A stretch of 64,000 nt of DNA from Schizosaccharomyces osmophilus. Lineage: Eukaryota. The translations under genes were made by a program, and so were the position numbers. Every line of letters begins with the position of its first letter. Position 1 is the first letter of the stretch. This document shows positions 11,139 through 22,873 of the stretch, piece after piece. The DNA lies in contig NC_079238.1 of assembly GCF_027921745.1 (NCBI RefSeq), forward strand, positions 3,658,001 to 3,722,000, read 5' to 3'. The notes under the pieces are model-generated. The model searched no databases. It was not told where the DNA came from and worked only from the letters and a program-made list of their open reading frames with translations.

Positions 11139-11701
11139 CTTCGCTTACGTGGTGAGACGACAGGTGTGAAACCACAAGTGTTTGCTCTTATCAGCGTACA
11201 TTCCGACCAACTCAATTCTTATAATAATTTACAATACAGTATTTACTAATAAACTGTTTTCTTTCCTTTTCTACAATTGCTAATATTTTGTTATGTTAAA
11301 TAGATAGCTCGAGAATGACAGAAACCCATTTTTTTACCAAAAAGTTTTATTACTTAACAGAAGTGAAAAGCACCATCATATTAAATATGGTTCAAACGAT
11401 GTATAGTCTTTGACAGCATTAGAGTCAAATGCTGAGACTTCATAATTATTTTCAAACAGATAACTAGCTGAACGAACAAACATAAGAGGGGATAAGAAAA
11501 TAAAAAATAAGAAAAAAAAATAAGGAAAAGTAGAAACAAGAACAAGAACAGGAAAGGAACAAAAACAAACAAGGCGTGGTTAAAAACGTCTTTCAAATAA
11601 AGTTACAGTAAAAGAACACATGCATAAAGCACGTTTAGAAAAAATCTATGATGAAATAAAGAGAGCGTAGCAAAAAGATCATTATTCTTCCAAACTTTGT
11701 T

Positions 11702-13750
11702 TTACTCTTCGTCTAAAGCTTGATCATTTGTTTGCGTACTACTCCTTCGAGCAGGCGGAACGTTTATACCTCTATCCGCAGCAATCCTTAAACACTTTTG
11801 ACCAATTTCACTTTTATAGTGTCGATTTAAGGCATCCATTCTCGCAAACCGCTGGTGACAAGTAGGACATGCAAAAGCTTTTATACCGCTGTGCAGTTGC
11901 TCATGCCGCCGCTTATCATGTTGTCTTGCAAATGATTTTCCGCAAATCGAACATTGGAAAGGACGATAATTCGTATGAGTGTTCATATGACTTTTCAGGT
12001 TGTAAGCACGAGTAAACCTTTTTCCGCAATTAGGAAAAGAACAAACAAAATTACTTTCAGACTTTGTCATATTCTTTTTCCCTACCGAATCGTTAGCTAC
12101 TGAGATTTCAGAGCCAGTTATATTTAATGATCGACTCCGAGGACGAGTTGTATTTATTGACAAATGCTCCATTGAATTAGTAGGGTTACCGTCATTATTC
12201 TCATAATTATTCACATGATAACCTTCGTAATCACTAAAGTCCCTTTGATGTTTTTTCAGCAATTGCGGACCAACATTGTAAACATCCAACCGTGGGCCTG
12301 CGCTATTAGAACGACTTCGTCGCACGTCTCCTGAAACTACATCAGCTGATGAAGTGGGACTTTCACTGGCATTAAGCATTGAAGGATAGTTTGGTGCACC
12401 ACTCAACCTTTCACGATGTGCCAAAAAAGAATTGTGGTCTAGGTCGAAATCCTCAACAGATTTTGCCGGAGACGAGGGCACGACATTTATTTTTGGAGCT
12501 AGAAAAGAAGGCTCTTCTTCAACCTCCTTTTTTATTGTTGAAGTTTTTCCTTCGGTGACAGAATGGCTTTCCTGAGGAAAACCTAAATTGGGAATGGAAA
12601 TATTCTGAGGGCTACCATTGTTTTCAGAGTGTTCGTAATCAGCAGACTGAACGATAGCAGGAACGACGGGAAACGGGGTTAAACTGTTGGTTATCGAATT
12701 TCGATTAAGCGCTGCTTGATTTTGTCTAATCCCTTCTTCTTCGGCAGGAGATTGATTAGAAGGTTCTGCAGATGTTTCATGAACAAATGATGGTGTTGAA
12801 AGATTTGATAATACATCAGAAGGCTGAGATATGGTTTGACTAACAGCTTCGGCGTGCGGTTCTGCTGGAGCAAATCCTACACCCGCTGTGTTGCTCAAAA
12901 ATGTGGATGATGTATCGGGTTGCATATCTTCCGCAGGATCGATATTCAAATTTTCTGTAACGTACTCATTTTCATAAATATCAAAATTGGAAAAGTCTTG
13001 CTGCTCTGGTAATTCAAGATCATCCTCAATGGCAGAGGTCTGAGAAATAACGTCAACATAATTGAGATTATTCTCATCATCAAACAGGGTATTTGGAGAA
13101 CGTAAATAAGGTGAACTAGGGACTGAAAACGAAGATGCAGGTGTGTAAAAGGGTGATGGTGAGCGAGGTGAAGATATTGGAGAAGCAGAGTAATCACTCC
13201 GATTGCTTTGGACAGAAAGAAACTGAGACGAGTCGATCTCCCCAATTGGCAAGCTAGTATTGAATTCATACACGTTACCATGCGAGGATTTTGAAGGGAG
13301 AGGAGCTAAAAGCTCTGGAGATCGTGACGAGTCTACATTACCAGAAGGCTCTATATTATGAGCCATCCGAAATTGAGAAAATGGAGAAGAATGTACTTCA
13401 GAGTTAGACATATATGGATCAGAGCTAGAACCTTCCAAAAAAGCATCAGCATTTGATTGTGTAAAGCTAAAAAATGGAACACTTAAATCTGTTGGAGGCA
13501 TTCCCTGAGTAGTAGAATAGTTGCTTGAATGTGCTTTGGGCGAAACAGGTACTTCGGGGGCTAGATGATGAACCGAATCGCGATGCGAAGAAAAAGTAGA
13601 GGGAGTTAATTCGGATTCAAAGGTGTCTTGAAATAAAGGTAATAGCTCTGGTTGAAAAAGCCCATTAGGATTGGAAACCTCCTGGCTTTCATAGTACTCT
13701 TCCGGTGAGTCTGGGCTTTTGAAAGAATGGTTCATTGGATAACTGTTCAT
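11702..13750 (-). CDS. prz1: Calcineurin-responsive C2H2 zinc-finger transcription factor Prz1 (Crz1 ortholog)
   Basis: C-terminal fingers CGKRFTRAYNLKSHMNTH, CSICGKSFARQHDKRRHEQLH and FARMDALNRH typical of Crz1; Ser/Pro-rich regulatory region. First ATG is at 13750 (the ORF track starts at an upstream TTG). Confidence 0.93.
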   Translation of the reverse strand: MNSYPMNHSFKSPDSPEEYYESQEVSNPNGLFQPELLPLFQDTFESELTPSTFSSHRDSVHHLAPEVPVSPKAHSSNYSTTQGMPPTDLSVPFFSFTQSNADAFLEGSSSDPYMSNSEVHSSPFSQFRMAHNIEPSGNVDSSRSPELLAPLPSKSSHGNVYEFNTSLPIGEIDSSQFLSVQSNRSDYSASPISSPRSPSPFYTPASSFSVPSSPYLRSPNTLFDDENNLNYVDVISQTSAIEDDLELPEQQDFSNFDIYENEYVTENLNIDPAEDMQPDTSSTFLSNTAGVGFAPAEPHAEAVSQTISQPSDVLSNLSTPSFVHETSAEPSNQSPAEEEGIRQNQAALNRNSITNSLTPFPVVPAIVQSADYEHSENNGSPQNISIPNLGFPQESHSVTEGKTSTIKKEVEEEPSFLAPKINVVPSSPAKSVEDFDLDHNSFLAHRERLSGAPNYPSMLNASESPTSSADVVSGDVRRSRSNSAGPRLDVYNVGPQLLKKHQRDFSDYEGYHVNNYENNDGNPTNSMEHLSINTTRPRSRSLNITGSEISVANDSVGKKNMTKSESNFVCSFPNCGKRFTRAYNLKSHMNTHTNYRPFQCSICGKSFARQHDKRRHEQLHSGIKAFACPTCHQRFARMDALNRHYKSEIGQKCLRIAADRGINVPPARRSSTQTNDQALDEE

Positions 13751-14785
13751 AATCAATGATATGTTTATGAAGTCAAAAGCATATATAAAATCCAGAGGAA
13801 TAAGGAAGACAGCCTTACTTTATTGATCGCAGTAGAGAAGGTATGTATATACAAAATGCCAAATCAAGTTTTCAGAGATGCTTCTTTCAGTAATAAATAT
13901 AAAATGATAGTTGAAAATCCTAAAACATCTGGATATTCTGCGAAAGTATATTCGGTAATGAAAAGGTTATTAACAAATTACAAGGTTGTAGAAGCAAACA
14001 TAAACGCGCAAAAGAAAAAGGATGAAGATATAACTACTTAACTGAAATGCTTTGAATTCCAAAATCGCCTTCGGTTGAGTAAGCAGACCTAAATTTGTAT
14101 GGGAATTACTGAAAACTGGTTCAAAGAAATTGGCGGCAAACTCAAAGAGAAAAACAATTCGAAAACCTAATTTTCAATAAAAAATAATATAAAAGATGCT
14201 TAACAAAAGGCGGTCTACTTCTTAGACCCAAATACGTTGATGTTGGTTAATTGTGGTAGTTCACATAAAGTACATTGTAAATCTTTTTGCGTAGTTTTAC
14301 TGGAGCTTTTGCTTACCGTAGGAAGAGTAGGTATTATAAAAAAAAAATATTCATTTTGCATTAAAATTTGGAAATATTAAGCATAAGCGAAAGGAATTTT
14401 TCTTGGCATTGATCTGATTATATGGAAGTTTAAAATATGGGCAGCAAGGCTAAATGATGTATCATGAAGAAACAAAGTAAAGTAAATTGAAATAACCTGG
14501 ATTGAAGCGCTGTGAGTATGTATTGAAGAAGAAAGAATCTACTTCCTTTGTATGATGAAGTGAAAAAGTATCGTCGTATATTATTAATTCATAATTTTCT
14601 TAGTGTTGTAAGTTTGTAGATAACTTCATCAAGAGTATAGCAAAGCATGTCTTCTCGAAAAGTAGTCAACGATTTTAACCTGTAAACAACTACTCCTTTT
14701 TTCACGCTGTCGATCGCTGAACAAAAATCTGGTACTGCGTGTTTCTCTCCGTAGGTAATCATCAATGTTTGCAAAATTGAGGCAG

Positions 14786-16063
14786 CTAAAATCCATGCTT
14801 GGTAATTTGACGGACAGCCTCAACTTCATGGTTCTGTAAATATTCGTAGTAATGCTTCAATCTTTGGAACGCCGATTCGCCATTCCAAAGATCGATTCCA
14901 TTCTCCGTCTTTGTAAGTTTAGGAAGTCCGTGCTGTTGTATAGAAAACGACGCTGCAACCGTAGCTTTGACACTAGATAGAACAATGTTTTTTGTTCTAT
15001 GATACTCCAAAATAAGGGCACCACAAAATGTATTACCGGCTCCTGTGGTATCTAGCACCGATCCTGGAGCCATGGGCACACAAGGAATATGAATGGCTTC
15101 TCGTTGAGCAACTACAGTATCTTGATGTGGGGCAGTTCGACTCGTAGAAGGAGCAATAAAGCACCCAGCTGATCCACATCGAAGAACCACCCAACCCTGT
15201 CCACTGCGGCCAATCTCCATTTCCTGAAGTGCATATACAAATTCTTCAGCCTTTTCCTTTGCCACCCGAATGTCAATTCCAAGTAGATTTGCTGCATCCA
15301 CTTCGTTTGGAGAAAAGATATCGCAGTACTTCATCGCTTTCTGGCATACTGGCCAAGCTTCAGGACAGCAGGATTCAGGAGTAGGCTCCCATATAACCTT
15401 AGGTCGATCTGTTAATGACCCGTATTTGGCGATTTCTTCACTCATGCCAATAAAGCTATTAGGGCTCGTGATAACGTGAATGGATTTGGAATCAAACGAG
15501 CCCGTTTCTAGCAAATCATGTGCTCGGATAGGCTTTTTCGGTGTAAGATATTCAAATAAACGTAAGCCACTGTTATGTACACGGTTATATCCATATGTAG
15601 TTTTACGTTCCGGTGTTTCCCGGTACACAATTCCTGTTTCAAGATTGTCTAGCTCATCCTTTACGCTTTCAGGAAAGTCAAATCCCTTGTCCGCGATCAT
15701 CCTCAATCGCTTGCTCTCAGCTGTAGAGCTCCAAATTCGGGCACCAACTAATGCTATCATTGCACAAGTTAGTTTGATTCGCTCAAAAACCGAACATAGT
15801 GTCACAAAATTCCTCAGGTCTAAGAATTGAAATGGGGTTTTCCTCTACCCATACAACTGTATCTCGAAGAATTCAGTTTACATAACGCTAACTGCTTACC
15901 AAAACTGCCTGCGCCTCCAATTACATCTCGAGTTTTCTTTCCTCCATCAAACTCAATTTCATCTATAATAAGCATTCCTGCCTTGTCAGAAATGCATGTT
16001 TCGAGTTTCGACGATCGACGTACCTGTAGAAACAAAATCAACCTCATTTTCTGGTGTCGACAT
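14786..16063 (-). CDS. PfkB/ribokinase-family carbohydrate kinase (Mak32-like), 3 exons: 16063-16024, 15977-15900, 15753-14786
   Basis: Spliced N-terminus MSTPENEVDFVSTGMLIIDEI...VIGGAGSFALVGAR; FSPNEVDA and the C-terminal DTTGAGNTFCG pfkB signature. Confidence 0.85.
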
Positions 16064-16400
16064 TCTTTGTAATAGTTAAAAGAAACTATGAGTTTTGGGA
16101 TATAAAAGCAAAAGAAAATTAAAAGATCGATCGTTAAGTAGGGTCAGAGATATATGTATTATAGCCCCGTCATTGTATATGTAATACTAACAGGAATGAC
16201 AAAGTTCAAATAGTGAAATATAGTACAGGTGCGTTGATAAACAACTTAAAGCTTTAAGAATACGAAATCTATAATATATATGCAAGTAAGAAGGCGTATA
16301 GTTTTTTACTATTAATTATGCTATTTTGAAGAGCAACATTGCAGAACGAAAAGGTTTCACTGGATACTATGGTAAAGAAGCAAATAAAGAAAACTATCAC

Positions 16401-17440
16401 TTAGTGCAATGCCTTCAATGATGGGAAAAGGAATTGCAATTTACGAAGAACATTCAAATCGCGATGTTTCAGATTTGTTTGAATGCCAGTCTGAACGGTT
16501 TCACGAAGGTTTTTGCCAATATGGCCAGCCAAGAGAGGGCCTTCGAGTTTTTCAATTGCTTCCATCAAGAAAAGCTTGGCGTTGTCACGGTTGTTGGCAA
16601 GATGCTTCATAACTGTTTCGACATTGACTGGTTCTTCATTAACACGCCAGCAGTCATAATCCTAGTATTGATTAGTTCACTATTCAATATTTGATAACAT
16701 TCAGAGTGAGAATGAATTACTTACAGTAGCCATGCACACTATTTGATAGGAGATTTCGGCTTCACGAGCTAGTTTGGCTTCAGGAATGACAGACATGTTA
16801 ATGACACTACCGCCCCAGCTTCTGTACAGGTTGCTTTCGGCACGAGTGCTGAATGCGGGGCCCTCCATGCACACTACGGTCAAGTCATCACTCTTGGTTT
16901 TAGAGTGAAGCTTGGCACCGTTTTGAAGAGATGAACCGCACTGGCTAAGAACTCCATATAGGTCCTGATCAAATGGATCACCGAAACTAACGTGAGCGAC
17001 GCATCCAGATTCAAAAAATGTATTTGGACGAGCACAAAGTGTTCGGTCAATGATTTGACTAGGGAGAACAAAGTCTTCGGGAGGAATTTCTTCACGAAGA
17101 GAACCTACAGCGCTGAAAGAGATGATGGCGTGAACCCCGATACTCTTCAAAGCGGCAATGTTTGCACGAGCAGGAACATCTGTAGGAATGTATGTATGGC
17201 CAACACCATGTCTAGCTAAAAATGCGATTAAAAATCCAGAAGCGGTACGAGCGATGGAAATGGGAGAAGCAGCAAATCCCCAAGGCTATGTTGTTAGATC
17301 TTATTTTACTTCCATCTTCCACTACTATAAATAGTTTCATCAATGCTTACTGTAACGGGATTAACTGTGTTAATCACTTCAAATCCTGGAAGATCATAAA
17401 ATCCGCTTCCTCCGATAATGCCGAGAAGAATGGGTGGCAT
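16401..17440 (-). CDS. S-methyl-5'-thioadenosine phosphorylase (MTAP/Meu1), 3 exons: 17440-17351, 17285-16725, 16661-16401
   Basis: [12 protein letters not shown] (across intron 1), [33 protein letters not shown] and ATDYDCW (across intron 2). Confidence 0.93.
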
Positions 17441-17617
17441 ATTCTGTTATAATTTTCTAAAGAGAGTACGCTTGAAGAAGGAAGCCGCAAATGGAAAGGT
17501 TTCTGAAGCACCAAAGGCTCTGTGCTTTGCAAGTGGTAGAAAGAGTAGAGGTGTAGTAAAGTTGTGTATGTTTACCAAACTGGAAATTTCTTTTGCAGTT
17601 GATATTGGACTTGATTT

Positions 17618-17618
<1 letters not shown>

Positions 17619-17648
<30 letters not shown>
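17619..17648. repeat. Poly(dA:dT) tract (T7 followed by A23) in the MTAP/nmd3 divergent intergenic region
   Basis: Directly visible homopolymer: A at 17626-17648. Confidence 0.9.
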
Positions 17649-18032
17649 GAACAAAGAACAAAGAAAGACAAATTTTGTTTTACCTACTTCTGAAAGAGGC
17701 GCTTTTTTAAAGACGTGTAGTTTTCTTTGAGGCCGAACCCTTTTTAACTCGTAGGAGGAAACAAAATTAAACGAATATAAACATTTTTATTAAAAAATTT
17801 ATACAATTCAATATTTCTTTTTACATTACTAACCATACTTTCTGATGGTGACTCACTTGATGTCTCTTCGCTTAATGTGAGCTTATCTATAAGTTTAAAA
17901 AAGCGAGTTTCCAGTATAATTTCATGATGCTTTCAGTTTCTTTTTTTGTCTTTAGCCAACCTCAATCTTAAAAAATCCGTCTCTGGAAGTTGAGAATATT
18001 GGGGTTTTAATTAAATAAAAATAAAAGTAAAG

Positions 18033-19526
18033 ATGGATATTGACGGTGGAAATTTTGGCTATGCAATGGAGCCTGCACAGCCCACGGCTTCAAGAATTTT
18101 ATGTTGTGAATGTGGCGTCCCTACCGAGCCTAATGCGGCAGCAATGTGTATGGATTGTATCAAATTAAAAGTCGATGTTACAACCGGAATTACTCGTGAG
18201 GGTACCATCAATCACTGCCGTGAATGTGAACGTTACATGCAACCTCCAAACCATTGGATTTTGGCACCCAACGAATCTCGAGAGCTGATGGCCATTTGCT
18301 TGAAAAAACTTCGTGGCTTAAATCAGGTCCGGTTAATTGATGCTAACTTCATTTGGACCGAGCCTCATTCCAGAAGACTGAAGCTCAAGCTTACAGTCCA
18401 AAAAGAAGCTTTCACTAATACCATTTTACAACAGGCTTTTCAGGTTGAATTCGTTGTAAACAACACACAATGTCCTGACTGTGCTCGTACATACACCCCT
18501 CATATCTGGAGAGCAGTTGTTCAATGTCGTCAAAAGGTGCTCCATAAACGTACATTCTTGTATCTTGAACAAGTTATTCTGAAGAACCGTGCACATTTGG
18601 TTACTGTTAACATTAAAGAAACCAAGGATGGTATCGATTTTTTCTTTGCTCAAAGAGCCCACGCAACTAAGATGATTGAGTTCTTAAGTAGTGTTGTACC
18701 TATCCGCTTTAAGACCAGTGAAGAACTTATTAGTGAAGACTTCAAATCTAACACTGCCAATTATAAGTTTACATACTCTACTGAGATTGTACCCATTTGC
18801 AAGGAGGACCTCGTTTGCTTGCCCAAGCCGGTCGCTAAGGCACATGGTAGTATTGCGCAACTCGTCTTGTGTATCAAGGTTGGTCCTTCACTTCGTTTTA
18901 TGGATCCATTGACTTTGCATACTGCGGATATGTTGCCTGCTTCTTACTGGCGCTCACCCTTCCCTTCGTTGGCGGATCTTACTGAACTTACCGAGTTTAT
19001 TGTAGCCGACGTTGACTTCCTTGGTCCCACGAACGGAAAATACGCTCTTGCTGATGTTGAACTCATCAAGTCGTCTGATGGATCCACTCATATCACTCGT
19101 ACTCATCTTGGCTCCTTACTAAATGCAGGTGATACGGTCATGGGTTATCATTTATCTGTCACAAATTTCAATAATGAAGTTTTTGACACCTTAAAGGAAG
19201 AGACTATTCCTGAGATTGTGCTAGTCAAGAAAACCTTCCCTCGCAAAAGCAGGAACCGTAACTGGAAGCTTAAATCTATTGGCATGCAACAAGCTGAAGA
19301 CCTTAAAAAACAAGATGTTGACCGTCAAGAGCATGACTACGAAATATTCTTGCGCAATTTGGAAGAAGATCCTGAGCTTCGTCAAGGCGTTAATCTCTAT
19401 AAGAGTAACACTCCAAAGGCCTCAGCTAACGATGCTGAAATGGATGAGGAAGACGAAGTCGACGAAAATGTTCCTCCTATTTCTGTCGATGAACTTTTGG
19501 ATGATGTTGAGTCAATGCGTATTTAA
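18033..19526 (+). CDS. nmd3: 60S ribosomal export adaptor Nmd3
   Basis: CCECG...CMDC and CREC zinc knuckles, FIWTEPHSRRLKLKL, acidic C-terminal NES region (ISVDELLDDVESMRI). Confidence 0.96.
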   Translation: MDIDGGNFGYAMEPAQPTASRILCCECGVPTEPNAAAMCMDCIKLKVDVTTGITREGTINHCRECERYMQPPNHWILAPNESRELMAICLKKLRGLNQVRLIDANFIWTEPHSRRLKLKLTVQKEAFTNTILQQAFQVEFVVNNTQCPDCARTYTPHIWRAVVQCRQKVLHKRTFLYLEQVILKNRAHLVTVNIKETKDGIDFFFAQRAHATKMIEFLSSVVPIRFKTSEELISEDFKSNTANYKFTYSTEIVPICKEDLVCLPKPVAKAHGSIAQLVLCIKVGPSLRFMDPLTLHTADMLPASYWRSPFPSLADLTELTEFIVADVDFLGPTNGKYALADVELIKSSDGSTHITRTHLGSLLNAGDTVMGYHLSVTNFNNEVFDTLKEETIPEIVLVKKTFPRKSRNRNWKLKSIGMQQAEDLKKQDVDRQEHDYEIFLRNLEEDPELRQGVNLYKSNTPKASANDAEMDEEDEVDENVPPISVDELLDDVESMRI

Positions 19527-19786
19527 GATATTTTTTGGGGTTAAAATAAATTTTGGCTAAAGGTGCTAGGTGATCTGTCCTTTTGGTAATTAATAGGTTT
19601 AGGTTAAAATTATTAATTTTTAAAAACATGTTTTACTTTCAGAATCTTGAAGTATTCAGTAATACCATATTGTATAGATATTTTAGAAATTACAAGGATG
19701 AAACTGTGAAGATAAAGGATATATTATATCTACAAAAAGGTAACAGATTCACGTCGATAATCAACGAAAAGCAAACAAGGTAAGGT

Positions 19787-21347
19787 TTAGAATCCAGGCG
19801 GAGGCATTACTTGAGCCAGCTCATTTTCTCTCTGAGCTGTATTTTCATTCAATGTTTGAAGGTCTTGTCCCAGTTGCTTGTTTATAACAGAACGAGCATT
19901 AAACACAAATAACGGCGGAAAGGATTTAATTTTCTCAAGGTCATCGTCACTAAATCCGAGACCGTTCGTATTAAAAGTAGTCTGACTAAAAGGCGTGGCT
20001 AAGTCACGAATGGCAACATCTAACCACCTGGCACGATTTTCCTTTTGAGAGGGCAACTTTACGGAACGCAATTGTTGCACGGTCGGTAGGTGAGAAGAAA
20101 GAGATGGTGACTTCAAGGGATCTAAAGGCTGTTGGTTTACTGCAGCACGAAGTCGTTCTTGTAAAACTGTAGGAGATAACTTCGCCCAAGAAGCAGTGGG
20201 TGGCAGGGCAGAAGATTCTTCATGGTGAAGGATGGTAGTTGTATGTCCAGGAGTTACATTTGCAGCAGCAGCCGACGAGTAAGGTGCGGCGACATTGGAA
20301 GAAGGATGTGGGACCGAAGGTTGTCCTGAATGGTGATGTTCATCAGAGGCATTAGGGCCGCCGTCCACCAGTGGTTTATTAATCGGCAACAAAGGAGTTT
20401 TAAAGTGTAAGGAAGGAGAAGGAGAGTGATTGGCGGTCGCAATCCCGTTCACTTTGCCTGGTAAGTTACGGCTGTGCTGCAACGAAGCAAGGTCTTCTTT
20501 TGTATAGCTATCCACTTCATCACCAGGCTCGTGCAAATACATGCAAGACGGATTCGGGCATTGTTGATTCCTCAAGTACGATGTGCAGTATTTGGTTGTT
20601 CCATAGGAAGCACGCAAATGCCTTCCATCACTTATACTACCGTCGATGGCTGCAATGGCTCGCGCAGCGTCCTCCTTTCTTTGATAAGTAATGTAAACCC
20701 CGACGTGGCCATTTGCAGAATTCGCGGCTGCTTTTTTATTTATAGCAATTTTTATTATTTTTCCGTACTGACCAAAATAATCAAGACCTTTAAGGATATG
20801 GATGTTGTCTTCATTAGCAATCTTAGGAGACAGGCCATTTACGTAGGCCAAATTCTTTTGGACAACACGAATGTTTGCTAAATGCTTTCTATTCGAAGCC
20901 TCCACTTCTTTCCTTTCCTTCTCACGCTTCTTTCTTTCGTTTTTGCGATGTAAATCCATTTTCCACCTATAAAATTCATTAGTACCAACCCCCATATCTA
21001 TAGTAAAGGAAATAGCAAACTCATGGATTCCTGTATTTCTGTTTAGTTACTTACTCTTCTGCTGTCACGGGGCGCCATTGTACGTTTTCTTCAGTATATA
21101 AACGTCTGCAGGCAGGACAACGGCCATTCAAGTCTTCCTTAATATGATGCCAGCAAAATCTGCAAACTCGATAACCACATTGGCATGGCTTAAAGTTCTT
21201 GTCGGATATGTCAATCTCTTCCATGCACAAGGGACTAGGTTTCAAGTTAGAAAAAATCTACAGAAGGCTTGCAAAAACAACACAATTAGCATACCACAAC
21301 ATATCATCTTCTTCTTCAGAAGAATACGAATCTTGCGACTTCAACAT
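19787..21347 (-). CDS. mot2: CCR4-NOT E3 ligase subunit Not4/Mot2, 3 exons: 21347-21295, 21234-21055, 20966-19787
   Basis: C4C4 RING CPLCMEE...PCQCGYRVCRFCW...CPACRR assembled across intron 1; RRM (RVVQKNLAYVNGL...YFGQYGKI); CCCH finger. Confidence 0.93.
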
Positions 21348-22873
21348 TTTGCTGAATCTTCTGTTTTGCTATCTAAAGGTGAAGAGGCAAACTTTGAAGG
21401 AGACACAAATGAGAATGACCAAGAATTTTTATGAAGGTTATTTGAAAGACGAAAAAAAATTGGTAATTCAACACAACTCCGCTCAAAAGCTAGTCTTTTC
21501 CTGTGTTCGTTGTTCCAAGTAAATGGTGGTGAGTAGCACTGGGTTAGACGAAGGCAACCTTAACAATTAGAAAATGAACGACTACAAGAGAACGGATATG
21601 TAACGGTAGTCATTTGGATTTAAAGATCTATATTTTAATTGGATTGAAAATAATAGCTTATATGGAAAAGGTTTAGAAGTATCTGAACACGATGCTTTGA
21701 AATGTGGAAGTGGATGAAATATCAGCGGATTCCAAGGAAACTATCGTGGATAAAGATGGAAAAACATCTATTTTAGCCATTACCTTGCATTATTCACTTC
21801 ATCTCAATGCCATCATGAGTTCATGTGAGAAAGTTTGGGGAAATGTACGTATCGGCATCGTCTAGGTCAAGCTTTTCAAAAGGCTTGTTAGACATCCTTC
21901 ATGTGAAAAATACATCAAAGCACTGTATTTTGCAATTTACATTTCTCTGTTTCGATTTTATGAGACACTCAACAGCAGCCTACGGATCCTACTATTCATT
22001 TCGCTGACTTGTTGCTGACATAGTTATGCTTGAAAGTACAGACTCATTCATATAGGAATATACATCCTATTTCCACGATTGGACATTGAAATTGGAATGG
22101 CTAGGGTACAATTCCTTAGTCGCCAAGGAATACGTTTTTAACATTCAGAAGCTTAGGAAGGTAAATTTTGTTCGGAGGAAAGAATAAAAGGCTAGGGTGT
22201 AGATTTTGAAGAGAAAAAACAGTGAGGAGTGATTGATGAACTGAAAGCTATAACAAAATATTCCGACCATGGTATCTGGTACGCCTATTTACAAATGTTT
22301 CAAAATTAAGAGCTACACTTGCATGTACACAATACCATGGATGCATTTCATTTACATTCTCGATCTCTCCATTTTAGCTTTCAGCATGTAATCGTCACAT
22401 CCAAAAGGTACGTTTTTGGTAAGGCTGGAATGAGTTTTATTTGTTTTATGATTTCCTTAATAAAGTAAGAATAGGATCACAAGTTTTCTGACTTTTTCTT
22501 GTTCTATCAATCTTCTAACTTTTATCTTTTATCTTTCTATTCTCTTTAACAAAAGTATCCATTGCATTTTGTTTTACAATTGATATCTTTAGGGTAATTT
22601 TTACAAAATAAATATTTAGTGTAACTGTTGATAGTTTTCTGCATCCTTCTATGTTCTAGCCGAATTCATTCTTCTGTTGAATAATATTTCTATCCTCTTC
22701 ACCAAACCATCATTGTAGGGACATTCGCAGAAGAGCAGTTTTGTCTCTTCAACTTGCAACCCCTAGTGATTCACCTCAACACCAAAAGTACAGCCTATCG
22801 ACTACCTGGATTTCAATACCGTTGCATTTACAAGCAACTTTCCTCTTCTAAAACGGTGTTCTTTTTCGTTATC

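Noticed and set aside
11381..11596. Phe/Leu-rich 71-aa ORF downstream of prz1
   Set aside because: Translation of low-complexity A-rich 3' UTR sequence.
21400..22870. Telomerase RNA or other known ncRNA in the large intergenic gap
   Set aside because: No recognisable telomeric template or AU-rich Sm site abutting a donor; I recall S. pombe ter1 lying at a different locus.
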